A stretch of DNA of 64,000 bases from Ramazzottius varieornatus (GCA_001949185.1 BDGG01000005.1:682001-746000), one strand, 5' to 3'. Counted from the stretch's first letter, positions 13,101-27,148 are shown. A program made the numbers and translations. Notes: generated by a model not told the origin, from the letters alone.

Positions 13101-15075
13101 AAAGCCCCATTAATTCCTGTCCGATGTATCTTCCTGTAACATATTTCTCTGACCTAAATGGTCTCCCAATTTCATACCAGAGCTTCAAAACGCACCCTGA
13201 GCCAGTCATTCATACGCGCTAGTTGGGACATGGCCAGATAGTCTTCGGCAATTCTATTTTCCATACTTCACAATAATCACAACTCTCCTAGAACATGCTG
13301 GTGGGTTATGGCAGACAACAATAATTACAAGGCATGCCCGAATAATCCTCCTTCCTCATCGAGCAAACAAGAATTTCTTCTTTGATACGTCGCTTTACAA
13401 TTACATGGGGGAATCGTAAAAGTTACTGGAACATATCCATGGGAATCTATTCCGTAAGTACTTTCCGCTCGACTTACAACTCAATCGCCAAACGCAAAAG
13501 TGTTCCGAAGGACTGAAGTTGGACTTAGATTAGATCCAATTTCGAAACCTCTCAATAGAGAACGGATTCAGGATAAGATAAGGAAGTACCAATTTCCGCG
13601 AATGTGTTCCTTGTGCAAAAGTCAGTAACAAATTAGGGTCCAAACAAAATCACTTACGAGAATTTTCTCGGATAGGACAATCCTTCTAAAACTTCCCGTG
13701 AGATTTCGGAGGAGCTTTTTAGGTTATGGGTTCGTGGAAAAATATTCCGCCGAAAAAACCTTCGGAGATTGAGACAAGAATTCAAAAGTCACTCGTGGAG
13801 CTTCGAATGGAATTTTTCAGGGGACAACGATCGACGGTAGGCTTGAAATAACTCGAACCTGAGAATCAATAATAACCTGAGCGCGGCTATCGACCAGAAA
13901 ATGGACGGGACACAGGGTTGGCCTATTACGTGTGACGGCTGCAGTGCGCCATTCGCAGGTAAACAGCGCAGCCCCGTCGACCTCATCCATTATCCACATT
14001 CCACTTGCATCATATCTAACCCCCTCTTTACCTTGTCTCAATGTAACCGCCAAAGAAGTACGAAGTATGAAGTTAGCTCATAGACAAACCTCATCCTTCA
14101 CCTTTCTGAACTGTCTGCAAAACCGACAAAAGCCACTGTCAACTTTTGTCCAATTTTTGGAATCAACTTCCTCGTCCATTTTTCTTGTCACAAAAATTTC
14201 CAAAAAATATAGCCCTACTTTGCAATCCCCCACACTATGTCCAGAAGGACTCTCGGAGCTCACCTACCAACACGACCCACCAAAATACGTCCGAATTCAA
14301 GAACTTGTTTCGTATTAACTTGGAAGGTCGGTAAATTAAAAGCACCATCTTTCAGGACCTTGCACACAAGTGTTGCCAGGGAAGCGGGCTAAACACTGTA
14401 TGCAGGTCCGTGACAAGTGGTGACCAATCGTGAATGATCATATCTCTGCAAATGAAATTAATCTCATAACTTGGCTACCTTTGTGACATCCCCACGAAGT
14501 GTTTCCGTTTCTTGGCATTCCAGCTTCAGCGCGTAGATTTCACTGATGTAATCTTCCTGTCTTTGGGAGCACTGCTTCTCGAAGTACAGTCTCAGCTTAT
14601 CCATCTCGCGTTTGTTCTCCTCTTGGTAACGCTTCTTCTGTCGGCTGACTTCCTTCTGAAGTTTCTGCTCCCATTCCACCGACGCGCTCTCCACCACTTT
14701 GTCCCCTTGTCCTCCGCGATCCTTCGAGACATGCTGGAGCATTCCGGTGGCATCCCTCAGCATCTTCTTCAGGTTCTGCACTTCTTCCCGCAGCATTTCC
14801 ACTTCCGTCACCGTACTTTCTTCCAGCAACACCGATATGACGTCCATTAGCTTTTCTTCAGGCTCATGGTTATACACCATGGAGTAGATCCGTTGGGCCA
14901 ATCGAGACTTGAGTAGGTCGTCGTCTGAGGCGCCGTTGACGTTATTACGTGGCGTTGGAACTTCTTCGTGATGCACTTCTGAACTTCGTCCTCCACCGTT
15001 GAGATTAGCATCTTCCTGGCGTGGTTTTCGTCCGTTGACTGTCTTCTTACTCTTGTTCTTGGTTGAGGCCGACAT
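7117..15075 (-). CDS. PCNT: Pericentrin/AKAP9(Plp)-like centrosomal coiled-coil scaffold with C-terminal PACT domain (~10 exons, roughly 1,400 aa)
   Basis: The last exon encodes CLRAESYRKNLVHQKRYL...TFKSASVVVCAVLRLK...KW, which matches the PACT motifs LRAESFRKALxYQKxYL and RFRxAVxxxxAxxRM..W. Upstream E/K/L/Q-rich coiled-coil ORFs are linked by GT-AG introns. The 5' end and exon set are approximate. Confidence 0.8.
7603..7743. repeat. Two family B cassettes (7603-7652, 7694-7743) in the last PACT-gene intron
   Basis: ACTTGCATAC-N30-GTATGCAGGA and ACTTGCGGAC-N30-GTATGCAGGT. Confidence 0.8.
8458..8564. mobile_element. Family A MITE-like palindromic element, intronic
   Basis: Terminal GGGAGCTC...GAGCTCCC enclosing CAGGTGGCGCAC-N25-GTGCGCCACTTG (8481-8529). 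Confidence 0.7.
9978..10027. repeat. Family B cassette, intronic
   Basis: ACCTGCATAC-N30-GTATGCAGGT with perfect arms. Confidence 0.9.
10728..10777. repeat. Family B cassette, intronic
   Basis: ACCTGCAGAC-N30-GTATGCAGGT. Confidence 0.85.
12920..12969. repeat. Family B cassette, intronic
   Basis: ACCTGCATAC-N30-GTATGCAGGT with perfect arms. Confidence 0.9.
14357..14407. repeat. Family B cassette, intronic
   Basis: ACCTTGCACAC-N30-GTATGCAGGT. Confidence 0.75.
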
Positions 15076-15800
15076 GTTGAGCAGTTACGGGATGAAAGCA
15101 ACAGGTACATCAGTCATTCATCACAGAATCCAGGTGAGCAATATTACCAATCAATCAACAATCAAGAGAATACTTCACTCTAAACATTCAGCGTGTAGTA
15201 CGGAGAATCTTCTCTTCACTCAAGAGTAGTGCAAATAGCGCTTATCCAAACTGACCTCCTCTCAGATCATGATGAGCAAAGCTGTCCTGTCCAGTTTAAC
15301 CACAGGAAGGTGCAAGCCTCTGGCCAAAAATAGCCACTTTAAAATCTTTGAGGCGAAGATCAAGATTCAAGAAGAAGGCACTGCAGGCTATCAGTTGAAA
15401 TGATCGAAGCAAAACAGAAGGGCGGTGGCGCAAAGTCTGATTGGGTAAACTGTTGTGTTATATACGTCCGTGACATATATGACATTACAACCTATAACAC
15501 AACAGTTATTGCGGGTTCACGGTTCGAAAACTCGAACGGAATGGTCAGGACCCGAAAGAGACTGCTGTTCTCCACTGTACGAGAATCAGCGAGGATGTTT
15601 TATCACAAAAGTGTCTTCAGGTCAACAGATAAACCCAACGGATAGCAATGGTGTCTGGCAGCAAAACCATAAAACAACACAATTGCCTCAACCTTACAGC
15701 ATAATACAGATGAAATTGAAAAATCGCGCACCGCTGCGCTTTTACAGCGAGAAATCTGAATGCTGCAATAGCCATATTAATTTTGTACAGAGAGAACACC

Positions 15801-18800
15801 TCAGGAACCTCGCTTGTTGCCGCCCAGGATGTCAGGCAGCTTTACGATGTCTTCCCGTGCGACGTGAGAATGTGGCAGTTCACCGTGTTCACTGCCTTGT
15901 GAAACGGATACGTCTAGCTCAATGCCATCTTCCTCGATCTGAAACACAATCAAATTATGAGCCTTGCTTTATTTAACGAACAACGATAATAAAGGGTAGT
16001 AGCCTCATCACAATGTGTTACAGAAATATGACCTCGTGATAATCGAATTGCCCGGCTGATTCAGTCCGATGAACCTCAGCGTTGCTGTAGTCTGAATGTT
16101 GGCTCTCCGATGGATATATGGCGGGATTGAAAGTACCAAACTTCGATTGATGAAAAAGATGGGTAGGATGCAAGTTCGAGGCATCCACGAATTCGGTGAC
16201 GGACTCGTATTCCAGAGTTACGACCTGTCCGCGACTCCGCCGCCTCCCAGGGACCAACCCATCTTCCTCGTCTTCTTCAGTTTCGACCTCTTCTTCTGTG
16301 TGCTCGGCACTACTTGTGGCTTCCTGGTTTCCTCTCTTCACGCCCCGTTTTCTTCGTGCCTTTCGCTTTTTCCCTGAAAACAAAGCAGACTGCATCCTGC
16401 TTTCAGATTTATATTGTACCATGACGACTCACTCTTCCTATCTAACTGCGAGAGTGTAATTCTCGCCAGCCTGGGATTTGTCACGTATTCCCCATCCGAC
16501 AGTGTGCAGTCCGAACTATCTGTAATCGTCTCTGAATCGCCTTCAAACACTTCCTTTTTCTGCGGCTTGGCTCTTGATCGATAATCTTCACGAGTGTCCA
16601 TTGTAGGCCTCACGTTGTAACCGTCAACTACCCGGTTGCCTTTTACCCAATCATCTTTGTCGTTTTCCGCTGATCCATGGTCAGTTCGCGACTCTGATTC
16701 AACCGGTGGCAGACGCTTTTCTTCGACCTTACTGTTGGTTCTCGTATTATTAAATTTGTCAACTTGGTTCGTCACGGGTTCGAACATTTGACTGGAGGAT
16801 TTAAACGGTACAATTCTTCGGTCTTCGGGCCCTTCCCTTCTTGGCGAAGCATTCCGTTGCAGTATTTCCTTCACCACCTGCATGGTTTGTTCGGCTTCGT
16901 CCTTCGACATACGCCGTGTGGTCTGTTCGGCCACATCCCGCAACATTCTTCTCGATGTCTGGTCCGCTTCTTCCCTGGTCAAAAGCTTTGCAGTCTGTTC
17001 GCCTCGATCTTGTGACACTCTGCGAGGAGGAAGAGTTTGCTCGCCTTCATCCCGGGTCACTTGCTTTGTTGTTTGCTCACCGATATCGCGAAAGACCTTC
17101 CTCGGCTGGACTTCTTGGACAGTTTGCTCGCTTTGATGTCGAACTGGACGGGCCGTTTCAGCCTGGGCAGTTTGCTCACTCTGGTCATGAGTTACTTTGG
17201 GTACGGAGAGGCTGTCTAGTCTCTGCATGATCAAAGACGTCTCCGAAGTGACTGCGGGATCCTTTTCTGCCATGAAGTTGCCTTTACCTGAAACAGGAAT
17301 ATTATGGTTCAAACTTCAACAACTTCATACTAAATAGCGCTCCCAAAGCCTATATAATAACCAGCTGTATTCATGAAGTTGAACATTTGTTACCATTAAA
17401 GGGTTCGTCGCGGGTTTCTGTGTTATTACTTGCAGCCGGTATAAAAATCACTCTTTTGCCCGCTTTGGAAATGAACTCCTGTCGCTCGCGATTCAGAGCT
17501 CCCGTAACTCTGTCCTGGTCACGCAAAACCTCGACTGACTCTTCACACTCGCACGATTCCTCTGAGTACACTCCGGAAACCATTCCGCAGCTGCTCTCTT
17601 CCTCGACAATCTGTCTCTGTGCGGTCCTCTGGCTATCTGCCATTGGTTTCTGACCAGTCAAACTCCTAACCGCCTGATCAGGCGGAACCGACCTCTCTTG
17701 CCTACGTTCCTTCCCATTTTCCATGTAGGCGGTTCGGCTTCGTTCGTTCGGTACCGAGAAACCGCCAGCAGAGGCTGCTTGATGGGCAAGGACTTTTCCA
17801 TGAGGGTCCTTACGGCTTACCATCGGTAAGGCGCTCGACTTTTGTTCGACACCTGGCTGCGGATGCTGATTCCGTAGCGAGCCTTTGTCATGAGAAGTCC
17901 AGAAGCTCGATTCTTCTTTCTCCGGTTGGTGATAACTTTTCTGCCGCTCTTTCCGATGAGCGTCTTCGGCATGATGGACATGCCGATGGTGGTTGTTATC
18001 GTTAACGAGCGTATCCCAACTTGACGTTCTTATTTTCTCGCTCTCCTTTCGCGATGGTTTGTCGGTACTTCTTTCGTGGACCGAGTGATCATGAGAATGA
18101 GAATGATGACGTTCACGATGCAATCGCCGAGTGCCCGAATCAATCACGGTCCCGTCTTCTGATGGTGCTTCCTCCAGCGCTTTGTGTCTCTTTACTTCAC
18201 CTGAGGTTTTGGTTCGCTTTCCCGCAGATTGCTCCGCCGATTGTTTGTGCATCATGGAGGAATGAGGCTTCGCCATATGAACATCAGTTTGATGTCGTAT
18301 TTCGGAAGTTCGTCTGGCGTCCTCGTCCGACTCTACAGGTCGACTACGCTTGACGTGCTCGGTACGACTGCCTGAGCGTCTATCCGGACTGTCGAGACTA
18401 TTCAACGATATTCGTTTTCTCACGTCCCCATCATTCGTTTTGAACTGAACGGCGCTCATACGCTCAGTGATTTCCTTGACGAGTTCGGCATCGGTCGTCG
18501 GTTCATTCTTCTTCCCAAAGTGCTGTTTGGAGTACAGCAACGCATCGATGTCGTTCAAGCTCCTCACTTTCTCGACATCCACCTCCCAGATTTCACTTGG
18601 CCTCTTCTTTGAACTCTTTGGCGATCTGGCATGATTGCTGTGATCTTCACGGTCAATCCGAGCTCGTTCACCTTCCCTCTCCCTCGCTTTCTTCGCATCC
18701 TCATCCCAAACGTCACTTGAGTGTTTCCTCCAGCTCTTCGACCTTTCTGACCTGCCGGCAGAGTGGCCAGAATCTTCACGGTCACTTCGAGTTGGATGTG

Positions 18801-21800
18801 CTGCTCTCCTGGATGATCTTTCCGCCTTCGGCGATCCTCCTTTGTCCTTGCGGATCTTACTAGACCGATGTAGCGACGTTGTGCCTGAGACACTCGACTC
18901 ACGCGAAATAACACTGGCTGATGAGCTGGAAGTATCAGGAGGCTTCAACGCATCTTGCTCGTTCTTCTTCGAACGCTTTCTCGATTTCCCTCCCTCATCA
19001 GACGTATTTTTAGCACTTTTAATTCCCTGTTTACCCTTCCTGTTAGACTGTGAAGAGCCGTCAGAATGGTCGCTGGAGAAGACCTCGTGCAGGTTGCGAC
19101 TGCTGTCCGGCTGCAACCGATTTACATTCATCTCCGTACTGCTGACTTCCTTGTTGGCATTTCGCTTCCGGTCTCGAGACTTCGATGGATTCTCTAGAGA
19201 TCCGGAAGCGCTGCTAGACCTTCTTTCCAGCTTCTTGTCCACCCTTTCCCGAGTAACGGTTTTGGTTCTGATGCCTGCTCTTGTATCGTTTTCGTGCAAA
19301 TGACTCACGCTGTGAGCGGAATGATCTCGCTCATCCACCGTAATCTTTTCCTTCTTGTCCTTCTTTCTCGAAGTTCTACTTCTGATTATCGACGAGCGCA
19401 TCGAAGAGCCAGACCAAGCCTCATTCGCTGAGCTTCCTGCCGGCAAACGCTGCCTACTTTCGATCATGCTGTCCGCACTTCCGTCCTTCTTTGCCCCAGT
19501 TTCAGAAATCTCTTCCCGTGAACGGCTGTCGCGAATATTGTGCTTGCGTCGTTCAGCTCGCCGTTTAGATTCCCTCGACTGTCGAGCTTCCTTCTTCGTT
19601 GCATCACTTGTACTGCGTACACTTTCAGTAGTGCTGTCCGACTTGTCCGAACCTCGACTATCCACGGAGACACTTTTTCTTGCCGAGAGCGTTCTCGTCC
19701 TTCCACCATGTTCGCGAGATAATCCTGGCTTCCTTCTTTCCGAAGAAGAGCGACGCTTTTCCGTGGTGCGTCTGTCGTTCTTTGTAACCTTATCAGGCCT
19801 GTCTGGTCGATCGAGTGAATCTTCCCTTACGAAGTCCGTTCGGTGAGTCTGCTCTTCTAACGAGTCAGCTCGCTCTGTGGGGCGACGTGGTCCCGTTTCA
19901 TCCCTATCGGGTAAGGTTCCATTTGACCGGCGGGATCCTTGTTTACGCGGTGCGCTGTCGTCCTCATCCGCACGGCGAACACCTTCCCTTCTATCTTCTG
20001 AAAGATGTCGGTCGACATCCTTCTTCCTGTGAGTCTTATCTGCTGGCCGACCTGAGGTCTTTCTCGCAATGTCCGGTTCATCGTCTTCGATCGCTTCATC
20101 GTTGCGCTTGTCCCGTCTGTCTCTACGGGAATCCTCACTTCTTTCCCGATCTTCATCTTTACCTCTACGCTCATTCGGCATATCTTTTTCAGACAGGTCA
20201 GCAACACGGTCGTCCTTTCGTGGTTTGCTATTTGTTGGCCCTCGACGACTTCCGAACGCGTCGTCTGAGGCCATTTCCTCGTCGGAGTGGTGTTTCGGGC
20301 CCGATCGGTGCTCGTTGGCAGTACCGTGTTTCCCCGAATCTCTGTTATGATGATGTTGGGTTGCCTCTTTGAAGTTAATGTCTGCTTCATCAGAACGATG
20401 CAGGCCGGGCTTCTTCAGTGACTCGTTGTAGGTTTCTCCAGAGATCCTCCCATCTCTACCGGCTTTACCTATCAAAATATCATAACCTAACCATGCCGTC
20501 GTTGAATAATTCTACAATTTTCAAAGAACACGTTACCTGCTTGCGATGGCGAATCTTCGCCAGATAGCGGGGGACTGTTCAATAATATTCTCTGCTGTCG
20601 TTCCATGGACCTCTGATCTTCCCCTCTGGACCGTTTCGGGTGGTTGGCGGGCGTCACTTCCGCTTGATCATGGTCGTCATTGTTAATCCCGTGCTCGTTG
20701 TCCTTGCGAGGTCGACTCCGAAAGGGGCCTTTGGTCAACCCTCCATCCGAAGGACTTCTTGGCGACAGCTCGTCTGGACTATCCACACGTTGCCGATCAC
20801 CAAAAGCCCTTTTCAGCTGAGAAGAAATGCTTCTTTTTTCGACGTCAAAAATTGACCCATCTTGCGGAACCTTTCCTTCGGATTTGTCTGTGGTAATTTC
20901 TGATTTACCATCCTTTGTCTCTACACTAGCTGCTTTCGTCTCTACTTCAGAAGCCGCCTGTTCTTCCAGGAAGTCTTCTGGCGTGTCATCAGGCAGTTCG
21001 CTCTCTGTGTTCCGCTTCTTTGACCGCCGACTCGGATGATTCTGGTGCTTTTCTTTAAATTTATGAATTTTGAGAAGAGCTGCTTCTTCGTCAAGGTTTG
21101 GATCGGCAGGAAACTTGCGACGTCGCTCTTTATTCTCATGCTTATTCAATGCTCGCTTTGTATCTGCAACGTCATCGCCATCCACCTGTTTCCCAACTGT
21201 CTTCCGATCATGATCGGATGTCCCATTGGGACTTTGGCTGTTTTTCGCATCATCGTCATCTTTCAAAATTCGTTTTTCACCGACACCGCTCATACTGCGA
21301 TCCTGCTCTTGACCACCATCTTCCAGTTCGCCTAGCCTACTATGCCGAGTCGGGTCTTTCTCCTTGCTCAACTGCTTCTCATCAAACCTTTCGCCGCTGT
21401 CAGACTCCGCCATCTCTCTCCTGTCGGCCTCCAGTGATGCCCTTCTCGGATTCTTCTGCGACTTTGCCCTCGGCGCTGCCGTCCTTCGACTCGGTGCCTC
21501 GACATCCTCACTATCGTCCGTCGCGTCCTGCCCATCCCAACCTGCAGCCTTCCTTAATGTTATCTTATTCCGATCGGCTTCAGAGTGCAATTCACTCTGA
21601 CCCTTCGCTTCGGCCCGCCTGGATCTGTCCATGTGTTCCGTCTCTTCCTCGTCTGGGGCTACATGACCTTCTGGTTTGCGCTTTCCGATATCGGCATCCG
21701 GTGCAAAATCTTCATTGTCATTTCTCTCTGTCTTACCAGACCGTACTTTCGAAAATCGGCCATCCACTTCCGTCCGGGGTTTGATTATCCGCGACTCCAC

Positions 21801-24800
21801 CAGCGGACTTTTTCTCTCTCGTGCGCCAAAGTCCACTGTTTCCTCCTCCAGAAATCCTCGCTCAACACTTCCGCTCTTCCTGAGACCATCTACGGTTTCA
21901 CGCTGCCTAGTCGGTACAAATGGCGGCTCGGCCAGTCGATGCCGAGCTTCGCGTGGACTGTCAGTTATCCTTCGATCCAAGTCATTCTCAACGTCGGCTG
22001 CATAGCCCCGACTCACTCTGTCGGTTTTGATATTATTGTCATCTAACTGAGATCGTGGGTGTTTGGTGCGAGATTCACTGGTGGACCCTGTTCTTCTTCC
22101 GGGTTCGTCTCTGGAGTCTCCTGCGACATCATTCCTCGCCGCACGGGCCCTCTGAGAGTGCTCCTTTCTGCGAGTTGAACCGTCGTCATCCCGCTGAGCT
22201 TTCGAACCTGGTCGACGGCGCCCACGAAATTCCCCTGAAGGACTCGATCTCTCACGTTCTCTGTCGTTTACGGTATCCTTTGCGTACCCTTGGTCGATAC
22301 TCGCTTTATTACGTTCTCGAACATCACTACGACCATCATTAGGTCGAGATCGACGTGTTGCGGTCCGCGGATAGTCCCTTGTGCCCGCCTTCTCCTCAGA
22401 GTCCACATCACTGCTGTTAATGCGATCGACACTTCTGCGGGCTTGTTTCCTATTCGACCTGCCATCTCGTGGATCATCCGTGCCTAATCTATCGTTTGCC
22501 CTTGATCGACTCGTTTTCTTACGCTCAAGATCGTCCACACTACCATCTTCCGCGTAGTCTCGATCAATAGTCCGTGTCCTAGGCTGGCCAACAGCACGAC
22601 GGTCGAGCGACTGCGAGCGACCTTCTCTATCGGCTGGAGAATCAGCTCTTCCCCTGCTTTTCGCATTACCAGTGTGACCACCGTCGATACTTTCACGACT
22701 GTCCGGTGCGTTATCTCGGTGACCTTCCCGCCCTGACCGACCGCGAGATCGACCGGAAGTGGTCATTCTTCTACGGCCAAAACCGTTCACATTGTCTTCC
22801 AAGTGTCTTCGATCAGTACGAGTATCACGTTCGCTGGCACCACCACGGTCAAGCGGCTGCGAATGACGTCCTCTATCCACCGGAGACGCGGTTCTCCCCC
22901 TGTCTTTCAGATCACCGGTGTTACTGTCGTTCATGTTTCCACGAGTACGTTCCCTGTACAGCGTGTTATCACGTTCAGCAGTCCGACTTGAACGACTACG
23001 AGCTTCACCAGAGGTCCTTGCTAATGCACGACCTGAATTTTCCGTAGCTACTACCTCTTCGTACCCTCGACCAATGCTTGGCGTTCTTCGCCGTCTACGA
23101 GCACGTTGGTCCCTCGTGGCAGAAAGCGGTCTCGCTCCGCTGTTTAACCTGTTGTCTAGCTGATCATTTGAATCTGATCGATTCCGAGCGCCAGCGGAAG
23201 TACGGCTTCTGTTGTATTTCATGTCGTCCGCCGGATCCGCCTGACCTAAGTCCGCACTTTCGCTCTTTCGAGCACGAGTCGCCTTGCTCTCATATCGGTC
23301 GTACGGCACTGAGCGCGCCCTGTTCGATCGACGCTGACTTTCGTACGATGCCCTGGCTCGTTTTCGATCCGTTTCTCTGTCCGCAGCACGATCTTCATCA
23401 CGATCATGGTCCATGCTTTCTGCCCTAGGCTTTCTCTTTCTTGGTTGGGCAATGCCTCGTCTCAAAGAGCTTCTACTCGGCCGGCTGCCGAATCGAGATG
23501 CGTTGGGTCTTCGCTCTACATTGCCTTCCGCGTAAGCCCGATCCACACTTTCCGTCCTTCGAGCTCGAGCAGCCTTGTTCCGGCGTCCGTCATGAGGTTC
23601 TGAGCGCGCTCTGTCAATTTGGCTTTGACTACCGTAAGACACGCTCGCTCGTTTTCGACCTGGTTCCACGTCTGGACCTTCATTGCGAAGACGGTCCGTG
23701 CCTTCTGCTTTACGGTGGCTCTGTCCTGGCTGGAAGGTATCTCGTCTCCAGTGACTTCTGCTCGGTTGGTCACGAGACCCCTCAGAAGCCTTACTTCTGC
23801 TGTTTACTCTCCGTACAACGTCTTCCGCACTACGACGCACTGCATTCTCTGTTCTTCTCCGTACGCCATCTCGCCTGTAGGCACTTGCAGCTGAGCGAGG
23901 TCCACCAGGACGAGCACCATCTATGGTCGTAACCGAGCCTGTCCTTCCCCAATTCCTATCTTCCCTTCCTCCTCCTGCAACGTAACCGTCTTCTTCCTCT
24001 GATGCTTCGCGTTGTCTTCGCTTCTGGCCGTCGCTGCGTTGTGATCGAGCTTCGTGTGAAGGATAAGATTCTCTCCGCGAGAATTCTTCCGACGAGCGCC
24101 GAGACGGCCTCTCTTTTTGACGATTACCATTTAGCTCAGGTCTTTTACTGAGTCCTCTCAGCAGCGACACGTCACTTCGCAGTGACGTCACCGACTGTAG
24201 ACTTCGATCTGCTCCTGTGCGACTGTCCCTATCTCTTGCATCATTACTCCGACGTTCAGCTCGGTTTCGTCGGTTCCATGGTTCTGCCAGTGAGTGCTCC
24301 GAGAAAACTTCACCTTCGTCATTAGCACGTTCGTTTCTCCTCAACCGTTCAACTGGCTGCTTTTGTACCTGTTTCAAAAACCTTGCTGCGTTCCTTACGG
24401 GATCCGAGTACTTCCTCGTACTTCCCCCTTCTTCATCTCTGTCTCTTCTTCTCTGGCGCTTGTTCTGCGGCCCACTACCCTCTCTCCCTCGCGAACTTCT
24501 CTCTCCCTTAGAAGCTCGATCACCCAGAGAAACGTCGGATCGATCCGACATACGATCGGCTGATTCGCCACTTCCTTCACGACGCGCTTCACCACCCTTT
24601 GCTAACTTGCTTCCCTCCTCGAAGTCATCAGCTCGATCTGGTTTTCCCGCTCGAGTAAATCGTGAGCGCCTAGTTTGTCCGCCTGCAGGTTCGTGCTCTA
24701 TTTGAGTCTTACCAGACTGTTCCGAGTACTTGTGGTAGTGCAATGGGCGGTTTCGATCCGAAGGTTCTTTAGGGCGCCTTTCCAGTTGTCCGTTCTCGAC

Positions 24801-26275
24801 GAGGTCGTCGTCGTCACTTCCGTCTTCATCCATTTCGTCCTGTTGCTGCTGTTCCACTTCGCTTATTAGCTGCTGAATGTAATCCCTGTCAACCGTCCAG
24901 CATTATTACAAAGTTTTGTCGATATTGCATCCACTGAACGAGATCCTCAATCTCACCGAATTACTTACAGGTCTCACCTTGGAAGTTGAATGGTATCGCG
25001 GTCATCCGTATGCAAATCCGTTCCATCACTAGGTTTATGCAGTATAGTTTTATTAGTTCTACTCTGCTGTTTTGAAGGAAGAGACCTTCCATCGGTGGGA
25101 AGGCCAAGCTTGCGGTGGTCGGACAGTCGGTCGGTTCCTGGATTGGTGAACGACCTTTTCCTTCGCCTACTCGAGTTATGGTCCTCCATCGAAACGGCCC
25201 CTTCCAGCTCACTATCGCTCGAACCATACCGCTTCGCATTCCCCCCACCCGTGTTTTGTCCACGAGGAAGGTGCTCTGGATAACTTTGCGATCTTTTCTT
25301 CTCTGCCGGGAACAGACCAGACATTGACTGGCGGCTTAGTTGTTTCATGCTCAGATGAAGATGGGAATTTCTGTTTTCCTCTTCGTCGGTTTGTGAGCTT
25401 CGATCAACACTGTCCGCTCTCACGTGAACACTGACACTCTGTGACAGTCGGTGGTTGGTGTCTTGAACTGAAATGTTCTTCACGATACTGACACGACTAC
25501 CGGCGCCCACAGACCGTACGTCTTTCTGTCGGGAGTGGTCGTAGTACTCTAAAGGTTCGGGCGCGCCCCAGCATCCACCGTCGACACACGTACACCCTTC
25601 GCAGTCTTCGCCCTTTCGACCCGGTCCAATCGGACGCTGGAAAGCGCGGAAACTACCGGAAAGAGGTCGGGATATCGTCTTGGGCATTGCAAGAGGAAGC
25701 GCGGAACCTGTCGATCGAGCTGTTTCCCCGTGATAACCTGTAAAAGCAAGGCCGGCATCCAATAAGGCTCTGCTGTACATCAATGCATAGCAAGGGGGAT
25801 CTTGTCGAAGCGACAAAACGTCTAGATGCGTGTGACCAATATTTACCAATGAAGCGCGGAGCCCGTGGATCGTAACCGCAACCTCCATCACTGGAAAAGT
25901 TTTCTCCATGGAGAAAAAACCCTAAAACATAAAGACATTCGCAATGGCGTAATGACTTTTCCAGCTGAAGCCCTCGTATTTTTATATACTGGAAGTGGAC
26001 GTACCGCAAGCACGAGGCAAGTTATGACGTTGAAGTGCCATATTGTCATTAGCAAGACTTTTCCGAATTGACTGCAAAGTAGAGCGACGAGGTGCTCTGC
26101 CCATCGACCGCGACACATTCCGTTCGTTGTTCTTCGCACCGACCATCATCATATTGTTCCGCAGGATGCTGGCTCTGCTCACAGGTACCACGGCTGCAGC
26201 TGCACTACCTAGACTCGGACGATATGGGCGTGGACCATCGCGCTTGTTTGTGGGAAGAGAAATGCTGCGCGACAT
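15801..26275 (-). CDS. Giant (~3,300 aa) Arg/Ser/Asp/Glu-rich low-complexity, probably disordered protein of unknown function (~8 exons, two of 3-4.4 kb)
   Basis: Long open frames 17371-20475 and 20487-24857, plus flanking ORFs, can be joined in frame by GT-AG introns near 26004/25923, 25845/25739, 24977/24888, 20535/20470, 17392/17289, 16432/16374 and 16032/15939. Stop codon at 15801-15803. No recognisable globular domain. Confidence 0.75.
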
Positions 26276-27148
26276 GCTCGGACTGAACTCTGTAGTTGAG
26301 AGAAGTCGATGTAATCCCGGTTACTTTAAACGCGTCTAGAACGACAAAAAGTTAGCGGTTCGGAGGTAATGCGTCTAGGTGGAAAGCCAAGATGATCGAT
26401 CGCCGATCGGTAATCGATCCAGCTTTCGCGTGCTTACCTGTGTTACCGTCACAACATATACAGGGAAGCCAGCAGAAGACCTCAATTATGCTGGACGCGG
26501 AGCTCCGTTCGTGTCATCCATCCACATCCATCACACAAATATTCCCAGGTGTTATCTGCAAGCTAGAATGTAGAGGTGCGGCTGTCAGAAGTCCCCAAAG
26601 CTGATCAGTGGTTCCAGCCAAAACGAGAAACTGAAAACCTTGAAAACAAGACAAAATAAAAGTAGTGCAATCAAGCCGTTCGAAATCAATCCTTTGACAA
26701 GTTAATAACGCTTCGTCGCAATCTCTCGATTAGCCCCAGTGACCATGTTAATTATTATTCCTCCCGTTTTTGTTCCCGATTTTGGAGTCCTTCCATCCCC
26801 CTAAGTTTGTCATACTGCCGACTTAGTCCATGTCTTCCGAACATGAGTTCGCCTTCGGCTTTATGGATCCTGCACTTCTTGAGACTTAGAAGAGATGACC
26901 TGTGTCTTTCAAACAATCTTTGCGATCCCGTCATATGACTCATGTCCCAACCGTCTATCTACATCTGTTAGGCTCTCCGATCTCATCAAAGCCAGCTTCT
27001 AACCGAAGTGCTTCATGTGGCTGATCACACAGGTGAGCTGCCGACAATGCTTACGGAGACGAACGAGTAGTTTGTGTCGGGCCGAAGGTTTCGGTGTTGA
27101 GCATGCCATAGGCTTGTACAATTATGACTTAGTGTTATTTTCCATTAG

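Noticed and set aside
12510-14477. Nested gene in the long PACT-gene intron
   Set aside because: Only short motif-free ORFs are present. Alternative first exons are possible but unsupported.
17387-24869. Many plus-strand S/L/R-rich ORFs
   Set aside because: They are antisense shadows of the low-complexity giant exons.
27015-27148. N-terminal part of ORF 27015-27500 as coding sequence
   Set aside because: It contains a donor (CAG|GTGAG) and an acceptor at 27148 and looks intronic. I could not find a phase-compatible upstream coding exon.
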